NCBI RefSeq assembly: GCF_006345805.1
Contig: NC_042997.1
Location: forward strand, 151,838,001-151,902,000
Length of the DNA: 64,000 bases
DNA from: Octopus sinensis
Lineage: Eukaryota
Direction: 5' to 3'
A program made the position numbers and the translations under genes. How positions within the stretch are numbered: position 1 is the first letter of the stretch; each line of letters opens with the position of its first letter. Shown piece by piece: positions 25,801 through 39,140 of this stretch. Below the pieces are notes generated by a model, which saw nothing but the letters and a program-made list of their open reading frames with translations, made no database searches and was not told where the DNA came from.

Positions 25801-25924
25801 GTCTCATTCTAGGTGTTACATGATTTATTCATTTATTGTTTGGTTCTCCGTTATGGTTTTCTTTTCTTGAAAATTTCTATGGCTATGCATGATATAATTA
25901 TTTATACAAGTGCCATATAATGTG

Positions 25925-25968
<44 letters not shown>

Positions 25969-26062
25969 TTGTGTGTATATATATATATATAAGTGGAAAA
26001 ATTTGGAGTCAAAAAGAAAGAGAACGGTTGGACAATAATTTTCTATCACCACAATTGTTTCT

Positions 26063-26658
26063 TATTTATTTATTGCCCTCAAGGGGCTAAACACAGAGGG
26101 GACAAACAAGGACAGACAAACGGATTAAATCGATTACATCTACCCCAGTGCGTAACTGGTACTTAATTTATCGACCCCGAAAGGATGAAAGGCAAAGTCG
26201 ACCTCGGCGAAATTTGAACTCAGAACGTAACGGCAGACGAAATACCTATTTCTTTACTACCCACAAGGGGCCAAACACATACAGGACAAACTAGGACAGA
26301 CAAATGGATTAAGTCGATCATATCGATCCCAGTGCGTAACTGGTATTTTATTTATCGACCTCGAAAGGATAAATGGCAAAGCCGACCTCGGCGGAATTTG
26401 AACTCAGAACGTAATGGCAGACGAAATACCTATTTCTTTATTACCCACAAGGGGCTAAAGATAGAGGGGACAAACAAGGACAGACATGGGTATTAAGTCG
26501 ATTACATCGACCTCAGTGCGTAACTGGTACTTAATTTATCGACCCCGAAAGGATGAAAGGCAAAGTCGACCTCGGCGGAATTTGAACTCAGAACGTAACG
26601 ACAGACGAAATACGGCTACGCATTTCGCCCGGCGTGCTAACGTTTCTGCCAGCTCGCT
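26063..26658 (-). mobile_element. SINE family B trimer (one tRNA-like head + three 184-bp units) with 12-bp TSD
   Basis: gaaatac unit junctions at 26239, 26423 and 26607 (period 184). TSD acaattgtttct at 26051-26062 and 26659-26670. Confidence 0.9.
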
Positions 26659-27400
26659 ACAATTGTTTCTACACAACGTAGTTCCCCTGGCGTGCAGGTA
26701 CTTTATTATGCAACCTTTCCCCTGCATTAAGTGTTTCCTCAGGAGGTATGTAAATATTGTCTTCGTAAGTTCAAATTCCCGGTTTCAAGATCATCTTTGT
26801 CTGTCGTCTGAATTAAATAGTAGTCACTGAGTTCATCAAGGTGTGTTGCTGCTGAAGGACTGTTGGCAAACTGCTTTGAATGCGTAGGTGTAGTGGGATA
26901 ATGATTCTGCTAATGTTAAAATGGTCGTCGTTTTAAAGGGCTTGACATTTGATGTCTTTGTACTAACGCTCGGAAACATACACCCACACATGCACACATG
27001 CACGCACACACTCACACATACACACACGTGCGCACAAACATAATATATACATACATATATGTATTTGTGGATACATACATTTATGCATACTAAACACGCA
27101 GACAGGCATGCATACGTGTATATAGAAATACAACCATCACACGCACGCATGGGTATGGGGGGAGTGGAGAGGGAGAGAGTTCACCAAATTATTATCATTC
27201 ATCGATTGTGTTGTATGTAGAAAATGCAAATGCGTTTTAGCATGCATGAATGTATAATTCACACATACACATATACGCACACGCACACACACACATATAT
27301 ATATGTGAGTATGTACATATATACACGCACACATATACACACACAGACATAAATACACACGCGTCGCGCATCTGCGTGTATATATGCCAGGGTGTATGTA

Positions 27401-27832
27401 CAGGGTGCGTAAGGTATTTGAGGACATACCTTTTTGGGGTCATTGCTGCATTTTTTGCTAACTCTGTATAATCTTTGTTTCGGAAAATGATAATGGCAGA
27501 TCCTCATCTTACTCAATAAATGAAGAGGCATGCTGTTACTGTGGTTATAAATGATGAACATAGCGATTTAGAAATATCTCGATTTTTAAAAGTCGCCAGA
27601 TCTTTTGTCTACAAAGTGTGTAAGGAGTTAGAGACTGAAGATGGAAATGTATCACCTGTATCAAAGCATAAATAGCATTCTATATGTCTGAAATCATCAG
27701 AACACTTGAATTTTACAATCTCAGAAAATCCATGAGGTCAATTGCAAAAGATCTCCATGTGTCAGAAGGAACAGTCAGAAATGTTGTCCACGAAGATATC
27801 AGATATAAGTCTTATATAATGAAGAAAAGTCA
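27401..27832 (+). mobile_element. 5' part of a Tc1/mariner-superfamily transposon (N-terminal HTH region)
   Basis: Begins TA-cagggtg. ATG at 27520 gives MKRHAV...HSDLEISRFLKVARSFVYKVCKEL, then RKSMRSIAKDLHVSEGTVRNVVHEDIRYKSY. Truncated before the catalytic domain. Confidence 0.7.
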
Positions 27833-28304
27833 AGAAAAAGCAAAAGACAATCGTCCGACTGTCTTTTCCTCGCGTGACCAGCTTTCTTTTCCTGCACGAC
27901 GTTCTAAGGACTGGACGTCTTCTATCTTTTCTCTTTTCAAAGAAATTATTTCTCCAGCGTTCACTATTTTCCCCTCGTCCTGGTCTAATGACTCTCCGTG
28001 TTTGTTTTCGTTCTGCTTTCTTGCATGTCTCCACTGTCCTGTTTTTGTTCCCAACTTTGACCCTCCATAAATCCAAAATTTTACTTTGCAATTTATGGGA
28101 GCAGCTGTTTTCGAAGACTGATATTGTCGTTGAATGCTTGAAATGAGTAGTAGATAGACAGCTGACAACTGATGAAGAGTCGCTCTTTGTTTTATTTGTC
28201 CTGTTTTCCATTTTTCTCTCGATGTTTGCCTATTGAACTTATTTGTTTTCGTACTTCATGTTGTATAAAAAATTTGGTGACGTCCTGTACCCATATATGT
28301 AAGC

Positions 28305-28344
<40 letters not shown>

Positions 28345-29949
28345 ACATATGTGTGTGTATTCATGCTTATTCACATTTTTACTCACGTTATTGGCAACAC
28401 ATTGTCTCTATTGACTCACATGAGTTTCTGTACTCTTTGCGGGGATAATTCTTTCCTCCAGTAGTGTCTCAAAATCACTTTCTTTACCAAGAAAGTATGG
28501 TAGGTTGTGGCTGCAGTCACCAATGAAGAAACAAGCTAAGTCATTCGTATTTTACATGATTGCAAGTAGCAGACCCCTGATTACCACACATCTGATCTGA
28601 CATATACATACATACAAATGCACACATATATCTGAACATGTGTGTGCATATATGTTTGTATGAATATATACTTACATGTGTGTTTGTGTGTGTGTATGAG
28701 TGCGTTTGCGCATGCGCATGTTACAATTATCTCTTGGTTATGCATTAGATCTGAAAACTTGACATTTGATCGATATTTATTTAGTAAAAAAAACTGTCTT
28801 CTGCTCTTCGTCGATTCAATTTCCCTGAGTCATAGAAGACCAGCAGTCACACAACACTGAATACAGACAACATAGTGTACTTGTTGTTCCTCTAGCTGAC
28901 GGTGCTTCTGCTACTTTTACATTTAAAAAAAAAACATTCTCATTGGTTGTATTTTTGCCTGTTGCTACCCTTCGCGGCTTTGTTTCTTTTCTTCGTTTTG
29001 TTATTCTTTCTATTTGTTAGTGATGTTGTGTTTCGTTTTCTTCTACGTTCTCTTTGCTTTTTTCAGATTCGTCATAAACATCTTCATCGTGACCATCATC
29101 ATTATTAGCTATCACCATCATAGTACATCTTCTCCCGTTCTTCATCTGCATCTATATATATATATATATATGTATCTATATATATATATATATATGTATC
29201 ATCACGACCAGCAGAATTATTCTCATAACTGGCATTAACTTCAATAGTGTCGTATGTATCCTCCTAAAAGTTTACAAATTATTATCAACAACTTGGGGAA
29301 AACACCTAAATTTAGTGATAAGGGTAATTTGTTTGTGTGGTCGGTGCTCCAAAGTAACCCAGTTGCGGACATTCCACCAGTTTTAAGGAGCCTTCTGTGT
29401 TGTGACTTTCGTCACATGGAGGTTAATCATGTACCGGTCGAGTACTGGGACGATGTGATCGATTTGACCCCTGCTGCCAAAATTCTTGGTCTTTTGCAAA
29501 AATTAGAAAGAATTATAACAGCAATAATAATGATGATGATGATTTTAGATTTTGGCATATGGTCAGTAATTTTGGGGTAGGAGATAAACCGAATACATCG
29601 ACACCAGTACTTATTTTATCGACTCCAAAGTATGAAATGCTAAGTAGAACGCAGCGGCATTTGAACTCAGAATGTAAATTCGGAAGAAATATTGCTATGC
29701 ATTAACTTGGCCTTTTATCCCTCTGAGATCGATAAAACAAATTTTTAGTCATCAACTGGTACTTATTAGACAAAATATGCCACACTCATGCACTTCTTTC
29801 CCCTACAATTTTGGGTTGTGGCTTTCTTGGTCGGAAATACATCGTGGAAACCGCATGAGTTTTTTTCACAGAACACCTATTTTGCTATAAAATGTACAGA
29901 TTTCTACAGATATTTGTTTACTTTCTGCGTTGAGGCTTTTCGGATTATA

Positions 29950-30560
29950 AGAAGGCAGATCTATAGCTTTGGTGGTTTGTATTTTCGTTAATTTGGGGAT
30001 TAAGATGTTTATCCCTTCATTGAGCGAGAAAGTTATCGTCTACGGTCCCGTCATTAAACTTCTTTACGAAAACATTATGTGTTTCTGTTAAATATTTTAA
30101 TCAGACCTTTTTAATCTTATATCCTGGTGCAATCCAGTTGTTTGTAATTTATTATATCTGGATGACTACTGTTGCTTTTTCGCCAGTTATTATTTTGATG
30201 TTATGTTCGTTGCTTTGAATACTCTTTGCTGTGAGGTTTCTTTTGCAGCGAATGTTCGTCTGCCAAATTATTTTTTATTGTTGATATTACCCTAAATTTT
30301 TATCATATTTTTACCAAGTTCTTGATAAAATCGTTTACGATTGGTGTCAAACTGTTTGTTTTGTTCAAAGAATTGTGGACGTTTTTCAAAGCAACGAATA
30401 CTTGCAATTTAGGGAGGATATTTCATTTCAAGCGTCGTTTGAAGTTGGATACACCGTGTTTTTCTCTAGTATTTGTCTCTCACTTTCTTTCTCTGTTTGT
30501 GACTTTTTGTTATTAATTTCTCTTTGTTTTCCATGGAATTTTGTTGTTTTTTTTGTATAT
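29950..30560 (-). mobile_element. R4/Dong-like LINE fragment (pre-RT/RT start)
   Basis: Minus translation EKRPQFFEQNKQFDTNRKRFYQELGKN and LNEGINILIPK, typical of the N-terminal RT flank of R4-like elements as remembered. Confidence 0.5.
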
Positions 30561-31117
30561 ATTGCTCTTCGTTTATTTATATATTTATTTATTTATTTAT
30601 TGAGATCGTAGCGATTATTCACTTTCCTTTGTGACTCAAGTGCTTGTTGCATATGTTATTTCATCTGCCTCGGTAATACTGATATTAATATCTGTTTTTA
30701 TTACATGTGTAATTGCTAGGTTTCGGTTTTTTTAATGTTGTTGCTATTTTATAGCTTAGTTGTAACCGAGGTAAAGTACATTCGTCGACCCGTATGAAAA
30801 TCTAATGTTTTAAATTCTTGAATTATTCCTATCTTTCGACATCATGAGCATGGTTTCCAGCTAAACAATTTTCCATTCTTAATTCTTCCTCATATTCCTC
30901 TTCATTTATGTTGTTTTAGATTTTATTTGTTAATATTTCATAGTTGTTGCAAGGCTCGTATATTTTTTTGTGATTTTTTATATATCTATTATTCGTTCCC
31001 CATGAATATTTGTGTGTGTATTTGTGTATGCATGTGTGTGTGTATGTGTGTGTGTGTGTTTGTCTGCATGTGTGTGTGTGCATGTGTGTGTGTGTTTGTG
31101 TGTGTGTGCGTGCGCGC

Positions 31118-31158
<41 letters not shown>

Positions 31159-32049
31159 TGTGTGTGCGTGCGTGTGTGTGTGTGCTCTGATAACCTCTGG
31201 TTTGTCTTTGAGTATTTACAGAAGAATGTCGACCTGCAGTGAATGCTCATATGACTCAGAAGGGGAATTTCATTTTGCAGATCAGACGACAAAAAGTTGT
31301 CAATCACTTTTCAAGCGGATTGCTTTTCTTGCTGCACGAATGTCGCTGTTCCCTTAAGCCTTCCTGACATCATTTAAGCAGTAACAGTTTTTATCGGAAC
31401 TGTCTTGTTGCCAATTAGAACCATGCATGCATCTCAACGCAGTACTGTCGCATTTCCCACTTGTCACTTATTAAAAACTCATATTCGAGAATTTTCTTTC
31501 CTTGACTCTGACAAATACATGATGTTTATAAATGAACACAGCCTTCTCTTGACACCACACCTGAATTTTGAGTTGCGTCCTATTCTTTTTTTTTTTTTTT
31601 GGTTCTTATTTAATTATGCTACAGTGTACATGTACCATCAAGTTTTGGCATGTGGTTTTTCAGTAGGCAATTATTATCTAAATAATTATACAATAACATG
31701 CACAAATATGCACACATGTCCCCGTGCGCACATATTATTGACCACATTTCTTTTTGCTTTCCAAGAGAGCCAACAGAGAAAAATCATAAAAGCTATAAAG
31801 CAATATGACGTAGGGTACACATCTTGTGAAATCGCAACACTCTGCGTTGACAAATAATGATACGAAATGGATCCAGTATACCGTAATCAGTATCATAATT
31901 TACTTCATGGCCATACATAGGAATTAAAAAAGCTCTAAGACATTTATACAATATTCACCACGTACTTCCTGTTGAAGTATGGATCGGGAGAGATTGATGG
32001 GGAGGGCGAACGAGAGAAAGATTAAATTAGATCTCATTTTAAACAGCAT

Positions 32050-32413
32050 GATAAACCTTTCTAGTTTAGGCACAAGGTCTGAAATTTTGGAAGAGGGGAC
32101 TAGTCGATTACATAGACCCAGTGTTTCACTAGTACTTGATTTATCTGCCCCGAAAGGATGAAAGGCAAAGTCGACCACTGTGGAATTTGAACTCAGAACG
32201 TAGCGGCAGACGAAATACATATTTACTACCCACAGGGGGCTAAACACAGAGAGGAGACAAACAAGGACAGACAAACGGATTAAATCGATTATATCAACCC
32301 CGAAAGGATGAAAGGCAAAGTCGACCTCAGCGGAATTTGAACTCAGAACGTAGCCGCAAACGAAATACCGCTAAGCATTTCGCCCAGCGTGCTAACGTTT
32401 CTGCCAGCTCGCT
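32050..32413 (-). mobile_element. SINE family B dimer (second unit internally deleted)
   Basis: Head gcgagctggcagaaacgttagcacgctgggcgaaatgc (reverse complement, ending ~32413) and two gaaaggatgaaaggcaaagtcgacc cores. Confidence 0.85.
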
Positions 32414-32888
32414 GCTTAAACAGCATGGTAATGACAGAAAATTAGTGTATATTAGGGTTATATTTCGACGATTCAGAGAACGTTGGCTCTCACTTGCCGA
32501 CAATAATTCACGTACTCTTTAGGGAATATTTTACAATCTCCGGTCAAGGATAATTATTTAGAGTATAAATACCAGCCCCTTCCCCCGTAATTACTGGTCT
32601 TGTGCCAAAAAGCTGAAAACCATTATCATCATTATAGGAAAATAAAGCTTAGCAGCATTTTATCTGTCTTTACGTTCAGAGTTCAAATTCCACAGACGTC
32701 CACTTTGCCTTTCATGCTTTCGGGGTCGATAAAATAAGTACCAGTTGAGCATTGAGGGCCATTGCAATCGACTTACCTCTTACCCACGAAACTACTGCCC
32801 TTGTGCCAAAATTTAAAATAATAATAATAATAATGATAATAATAATAATAATAATAATAATTATTATTATTATTATTATTATTATTAC

Positions 32889-33443
32889 TGAGTGAGAGAG
32901 CAGTTCATGCCATCAAAGTGACACTGGGGTAAAATATACGAAGCCCAGTATACCCATCATGACTACCCGTCTGATAAGGGCACACCAGGCACATGCATCA
33001 CAACCATATGTGCGTGACATGGTGATCTCATATCAAGATAAACAGCACATGACCTTGCAGGTGGGGCCCAGTTAGAATTTTCTTCAGGTTGAGTAGCCCA
33101 TCCCGCTCAAAAGGTCCCTGAATAAGGGTTGTTTAAGGATGTTGAACGAAACACCCATGTTTCCAGAGGTGAATTATTCAAACCCCAAAGAATCCCTCTC
33201 AACACATGGCTATGATGCTCCCCCACTACTTCTGCTCGTGATCAGAGATGCACATATCGTCAGCAACTAAGGGACATGCTCAACTGGTTAAGGTCAAACA
33301 ACTGACAAGCAAATCTGTGGTATTGAGCAGAATATTTGCTGTAGCCCATCTTTTATACCAAGACAAAACAATGTACATGATAACACTTCTAATCAGTTAA
33401 GATCAGAAGCCATGAGAGTCACTGCCTGGTACTGCATCAGGGC
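32889..33443 (-). mobile_element. ~555-bp non-coding element embedded in an (AAT/ATT)n microsatellite
   Basis: Unique-looking sequence with sharp ends (gccctgatgcagtaccagg...ctgctctctcactca on minus), flanked by (ATT)n on both sides. Confidence 0.55.
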
Positions 33444-33466
33444 TATTATTATTATTATTATTATTA

Positions 33467-33507
<41 letters not shown>

Positions 33508-33508
<1 letters not shown>

Positions 33509-33695
33509 GGTGGCGAGCTGGCAGGGTTTTTAGCACATCGGACAAAATGCTTAACGGCATTTCGTCCGTCTTTACGTTCTTAGTTCAAATCCGGATGAGG
33601 TAGACTTTGCCTTTTATCCTTTCGAGCCGACAAAATAAGTATCAGTGAGCACCAGGGTCGATGTAGTTGGATTGTCCCCTCTCCCGAACTTAGTG
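33508..33695 (+). mobile_element. SINE family B, diverged monomer
   Basis: ggtggcgagctggcag...aaatgcttaacggcatttcgtc...gactttgccttttatcctttcg. Confidence 0.75.
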
Positions 33696-33844
33696 TCAAA
33701 TAATTAGACGATACCCTCCGTGCAAATCAATTATAACACTTTCTTGTTCTTGTTGTTGCGGTCGTTATTGTCATCGTCGTTGCTGTTGTGACGTTTCATC
33801 TACGTCTCCTTTACAAACTTGTCTGCATTAGTATCTCTCACTCC

Positions 33845-33846
33845 TA

Positions 33847-33898
<52 letters not shown>

Positions 33899-33995
33899 CT
33901 TTCTCTTTCTCACACATTTGTTTTTCTGTCCCTCTCTTCTCTCTCTTCCTCTCTCTCTTCCTCCTTCTCTCTCTCTCTCATTCTCTCTCTCTTAC

Positions 33996-34026
<31 letters not shown>

Positions 34027-34119
34027 TACACCTGTTTTATCTGTCCCTCACTTCCCTCACACACATCTATTTTGTCTATCCCTCACTGTTTTGTCTCTCT
34101 GCCTCTTTCTTTTCCCCCT

Positions 34120-34152
<33 letters not shown>

Positions 34153-35015
34153 CTCTGTCTTATTCTCTCTCTTCTCACTTTTTTGCTCTCAGTATTTGAC
34201 ATGACTGCAACTTTTAGCAAATCCCGCCACCACCATCACCACTTCGATCGCTTAGAAACAATAGACCTACACATTCTTTGAATTTCTACCTCCACCGTCT
34301 TCATCATTTTAGTCCTATCATTGCACTGAATCAGTTATATGCTCCCTCTCCCTGTACTACTTCTTTCACATTCTACAGAGCCAAATACCTATTGATAGAT
34401 CGATTTATTTAACTAAACTGGCCATTCACTCATTCAGCTATCTATCAATCCATTATCAGTGCGTCCGTCCATCTGTGCATCCGTCCATCCATCCATCCCT
34501 AAATCCACCCAACCATCGATCCATCAATCCATCTATTCATCCATCCATCCATCCATCCATCAAATCATATCTATTAGCACACTCATACATCTAAATATCC
34601 ATCCATACTAATATTTATTCTCCCTCCATGGATCCTCAGTTCTAACCGCTCTTCCTTCCATTATCCATCAACAAGCACATTCACCCATTAATCTATCTTT
34701 CCAGCTATCTACATATCCATCCTTCATTTCCTTCCTTCCTTCCTTCCTTCCTTCCTTCCTCCTTCATTCATTCATTCATTCTATCCGTCTTTCTTTCATT
34801 CATTCACGCACATATCCATCCATATAAGCACATAACTATAATCCAATCCATTCAGCAATTCATCTCTTAAACAATAAAATCTTGCAATCCGTTAACTTAT
34901 CTGTCCATCACTCCAGACACTCATCCATCTGTCTGTCTGCCTATCCATCCATCTATCCAACCATCTCCCCCCCCATCCATCCATCCACCCATCCATCCAT
35001 CCGTTCGTCCATCCA
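33845..35015. repeat. (CT)n-rich tract followed by degenerate (CATC)n/(CTTC)n low-complexity DNA
   Basis: Direct reading. Confidence 0.8.
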
Positions 35016-35038
35016 TCCTTATCAGTGATTTTGTCGAA

Positions 35039-35082
<44 letters not shown>

Positions 35083-35190
35083 TTAAAACAATAAGGGTGA
35101 AAAATTGAATATTAATATGATTAATATCAATATAAATCCAGTGGTCTAGCATATTAATATCTAAAGATTGAGAAAAATTATATTACATAT

Positions 35191-35222
<32 letters not shown>

Positions 35223-35251
35223 CACACACATTTACCCAGCAGCTATATATT

Positions 35252-35352
<101 letters not shown>

Positions 35353-35906
35353 ATAATATACCTATAATATCCTTATCCTTACATGCATGTACCTCTTTAT
35401 CCATTCACAGATCCACACACCAATATGTCCCTTCATCTATCAATCCATACATTTATGCATTCATCTATTTATTCTCCTATATATCCAACCATGCATCCAC
35501 TTATTCGTGCATCCTATCCCTTCCATATTCTATTCCTTTACATCCGCTCTTAACGCAAGAGACCCCGCTCACAGACATCGCTCATGTCTGAAGCATTCGC
35601 TATGGATTACCGCTATATCAGCAGCACCAGCAGCAGTTATATTAGAACCAGTAGGAGCAGCCGCAGTAGAAGCAGCTACAACAGCGAGTATTGTAGTAGT
35701 GGTAGTAGTAGTAGTAGTAGTAGAGGTGGCGGCGGCAGTGGTGGTGGTGGTCTTAGTAGTAGTAGTAGCAGTGGCAGCAGTAGAAGCAGTCTTTGAAGTA
35801 GTAGTTGCCGAAGCAGCAGCAGTAGCAGCAGTAGCAGCAGTAGTAGATGCAGTAGTTATCCCTGCAGCCTCTACTGCAGCAGCATCTCTCTCTCTCTCTT
35901 CCCCAA

Positions 35907-35997
35907 AGCTAGCAACTTGTTTTCCTGTTTTACCAAAGCCCACTAGGTGCTTGTGTTTCTCTTGATGGTTTCTTTACATAAACGAAGCACTGAACAC

Positions 35998-36029
<32 letters not shown>

Positions 36030-36131
36030 CAGCAGCAGTAGGTGGTCAGTGCTTCGTTTGTGTAAAGAAACCACCAAGAGAAACACAAGCACCTAGTGGG
36101 CTTTGGTAAAACTGGAAAACAAGTTGCTAGC

Positions 36132-36132
<1 letters not shown>
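35907..36132. repeat. 87-bp inverted repeat with an (AGT)n loop, within an (AGT/AGC)n-rich region (35630-36560)
   Basis: 35907-35993 versus reverse complement of 36046-36132: 3 mismatches. Confidence 0.92.
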
Positions 36133-36181
<49 letters not shown>

Positions 36182-36487
36182 TACCAGAACGAGATTTGAA
36201 AACAGGACGTAAAATTTGGGGAAACAATACCGCAAAACATTCTGGCGCTCAAACAGTTCTGTCGGATCCTACTACTACTACTAGTAGTAGTAGTAGTAGC
36301 AGCAGCAGCAACAGCAGCAGCAACATAAAAGATGTAAACAATGATAATGATCTGGTGTTTGTAGAAGTCTACGATCCCCGTTGTAGATTGACCAGAACGA
36401 AATTTGAACACAGAACGTAAAAAATTTGGGAAGCAATACTGCAAGGCATTATTCCGGCGCTTTAACATTTCTCTGGGATACAAGGCC

Positions 36488-36526
<39 letters not shown>

Positions 36527-36974
36527 CAGCAGTAGTAGCGGCAGCAGCAGCAACATCGATTGTAATGAAGTCTATGACTGCTGTTGCTGTTTAACCAATG
36601 GTCAACTCCAATTCAGTTTTCCTAAATTCAAAGGCTTCCGGCCATTACTTCCCTGTCATCTTGAATAGCATAACTAGGGATACCTCATCCAGTTTGTCGA
36701 TAGCCTTTTTAACATGGTAGGGTGTCGTTTGAGTGAATGTGGTTGCTATCGTTAGGAGATCAAACGGACAAGTAAACGCTCCGCCGTTGGGTAGAGAAGC
36801 ATAAGATTGACAAATCCGTATCATTCTCTACTAAAGGCATTTGTGTATAGAACTATGAGCTCCTATGTCTTAAGTTCGAAGCGAATAGGGATCTCTTTTT
36901 AATCGTTGTTGCTCATCCCGTAATATTTCTGTCCTTTTACCTATATTTGAAATTATATGTAATATTATTCCGCT

Positions 36975-37784
36975 AGGTGCAGGGGTGGCTGTGTGGTAAG
37001 TAGCTAGCTTACCTGCTTCCGTGCAGCATTACCAGTTCGTGATAATCTGGCACGACACGGAAGTGCCGTCTCACTGACATATCCAAGGTGCGAGCAGAAT
37101 AGGGAAACCGTCTTGCGCACATTCGTGGAATGTCCGGAATTATTGGGACTGATAGTTTTTACAGAACAGCTGTTGTAATCGATGGGAAGAGTACAGCTAT
37201 CAGCTGATTCCATCATCGAGATTGTGCCGCCTCCCTCCCTTAGCAGGGAGAAGGAGGCCTGTTTTTTTTTCTGCGTGGTGGCCATATTGAAATAAACAGT
37301 ATGGAAGACGTGGTTGAAAGGGATTGTAACGGGTACCTTCGTATCTGGCCAGGGGCTGATCAACTATTTTAGTTACTACCTCAGCAGTAAGATCAGGTTG
37401 GAGAAGAGGTGTCTGTCACGTGAAAAATTCAGAAAAAGATGGAAGCTTGTGGAGAGAAACTGGGGGTAACAGGCACCAAGTGAGGGGGGCCACGGAAAGA
37501 AAGAAAAGGTCCTACTCTGGTGTAGGATGCCTTTCCCTCGTGTTAAACATTGCTTTTAGCAATGTATTCATTTTTAATCTCATCGGTATGATAATCATTT
37601 TCAATTTTGAATCGTTTAAAGCTATATTATGAAATAAAGTAGCTAGCTTACCAACCACATGGTTTCGGGTTCAGTTCCACTGCGTGCACTTTGTGCAAAT
37701 TTCTTCTACAATAGCCTCGAGCCAACCAAAGACTTGTGAGTGGATTTGCTAGACGGAAACTGAAAAAAGGCTGTCATATATATA

Positions 37785-37790
<6 letters not shown>
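36975..37790 (+). mobile_element. SINE family A split in its tRNA-like head by a LINE insertion
   Basis: Head aggtgcaggggtggctgtgtggtaagtagctagcttacc (to 37013) resumes at 37637 aagtagctagcttaccaaccacatggtttcgggttcagttcc. Confidence 0.88.
37014..37636 (+). mobile_element. 5'-truncated Tx1-like LINE 3' end (623 bp) with 16-bp TSD
   Basis: TSD aagtagctagcttacc at 36998-37013 and 37637-37652. Translation LPVRDNLARHGS...SADSIIEIVPPPSLSRE...WLKGIVTGTFVSGQGLINYF...KFRKRW is homologous to the C-terminus of ORF2 at 17043-17500. Confidence 0.9.
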
Positions 37791-37851
<61 letters not shown>

Positions 37852-37859
37852 CCTCTATC

Positions 37860-38420
37860 CACTCGAGTTCAATTCCGGGTGGCAAAACTTTTTCCCACAA
37901 TAAGTGAGAAGAAACAAAATTTCTCTACCCTCAAAGGGCTGGATCACAAAACTGCGAGCTCCTCTGGGGTGTCAAATAGCAACCACACCGTTGCATATTT
38001 GTTACCCCTAGAGATATACTTAATGGTTGGCAGATGTTCCGCCAACTCCTGCTCAATCAGCTGCTTGGAGAAGACGGCAAAGGTGTCGAGAACCTTCGAA
38101 TACATTCTCAACACCACCGTCCTCTCCTCTTGTTGTCTGAGTCACTCCTTAGGTGGGAAATCTCCCACTCTACTATCTTATCCGTATTTTTTGCCATGTT
38201 TAAATTAAAAAGTCCGAAACAATAGTTCACAAATTTGAAAAAGAAAAGATAAAAAATCAAAAGGAAACAAACGGGAAGAAAGAAAAAAGCAAACAGTTCA
38301 ATAAAGAGAGTCACAATTAAAGAATAGAAGAAGAAAACAACACTTCAACAAAACACAGCAAAAAATCTGGGCATTCAGGTACTCCAAGCCCTATGGTAGT
38401 CCGATTAGAACCTGAACTGC
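37860..38420 (-). mobile_element. 5' end (UTR + ORF1 start) of another Tx1-like LINE
   Basis: Minus translation ERTVVLRMYSKVLDTF...IKYISRGNKYATVWLLFDTPEE...LTYCGK...PPGIELEW parallels the middle of ORF1 in the 6.2-kb element. Confidence 0.5.
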
Positions 38421-38778
38421 TTCACTTGAAATACAGCTTTCCAGTTATTGGTAAACGTTGTTGAAAAAACACACACTATTCGCAAAAAGTGAACAAGTGG
38501 TGGTGGTGGTGTTAGTAGTAGTAGTAGTAGTGGTGGTGGTGGTGGTGTGGTAGTAGTAGTAGTAGTAGTAAGAGGAGGAGGAGTAGAGGAAGCTAGAGAT
38601 CATTTGTACAAGTGATTAGAGTATAGATGTTTGCCACACCAGGCATCGCACTGTCTTTCATTAAGGCACTTCAATTTACGTTACTCTAGTTTATTGTACC
38701 ATGAATGAGTATAAGTCAGTTGCTGAACCAGCTCTCTCTTTCTCTCTCTCTATATATATATCTCCCTCTCTCTCTCTC

Positions 38779-38814
<36 letters not shown>

Positions 38815-38834
38815 TCTCTTTCACCCCACAACCA

Positions 38835-39140
38835 GTGGAGGCACATGGCCTAGTGGTTAGAGCAGCGGACTCGCGGTCGAGGGATCGCGGGTTCGAATCT
38901 CAGACCGGGTGATGTATGTGTTTATGAGTGAAACACCCAAGCTCCACGCGGCTCCGGCAGAAGGTAATGGCAAACTACTGCTGACTCTTTCGCCACAGCT
39001 TTCTCTCGCTCTTTCCTCCTGCCTCTTGCAGCTCACCTGCGACGGATCGGCGTCCTGTCCAGGTGGGGAACCTATACGCCAAGGAAACCGGGAAAACGGC
39101 CCTTATGAGCCAGACATGGCTCGAGAAGGATCAAACAACT
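38835..39140 (+). mobile_element. tRNA-derived SINE family C, tail type 1 (V-SINE-like segment), TSD ccacaacca
   Basis: tggcctagtggttagag (A box), ggttcgaatc (B box), cctgcgacggatcggcgtcctgtccagg. TSD at 38826-38834 and 39141-39149. Confidence 0.85.

Noticed and set aside
27832-28211. 149-aa and 112-aa minus-strand ORFs
   Set aside because: No recognisable domain or convincing splice signals; probably decayed repeat.
31764-31857. Plus-strand acceptor followed by ESQQRKIIKAIKQYDVGYTSCEIATLCVDK*
   Set aside because: Short and unrecognised, with no partner exon; indistinguishable from chance.
33365-33415. Faint U2 snRNA-like similarity (ttctaatcagttaagatcaga)
   Set aside because: Too short and mismatched; no Sm site or other U2 stems.
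38835-38912. Possible tRNA-Arg gene (also 50975-51050)
   Set aside because: A and B boxes are present but the anticodon, T and acceptor stems do not pair; it continues into a SINE body with a TSD.
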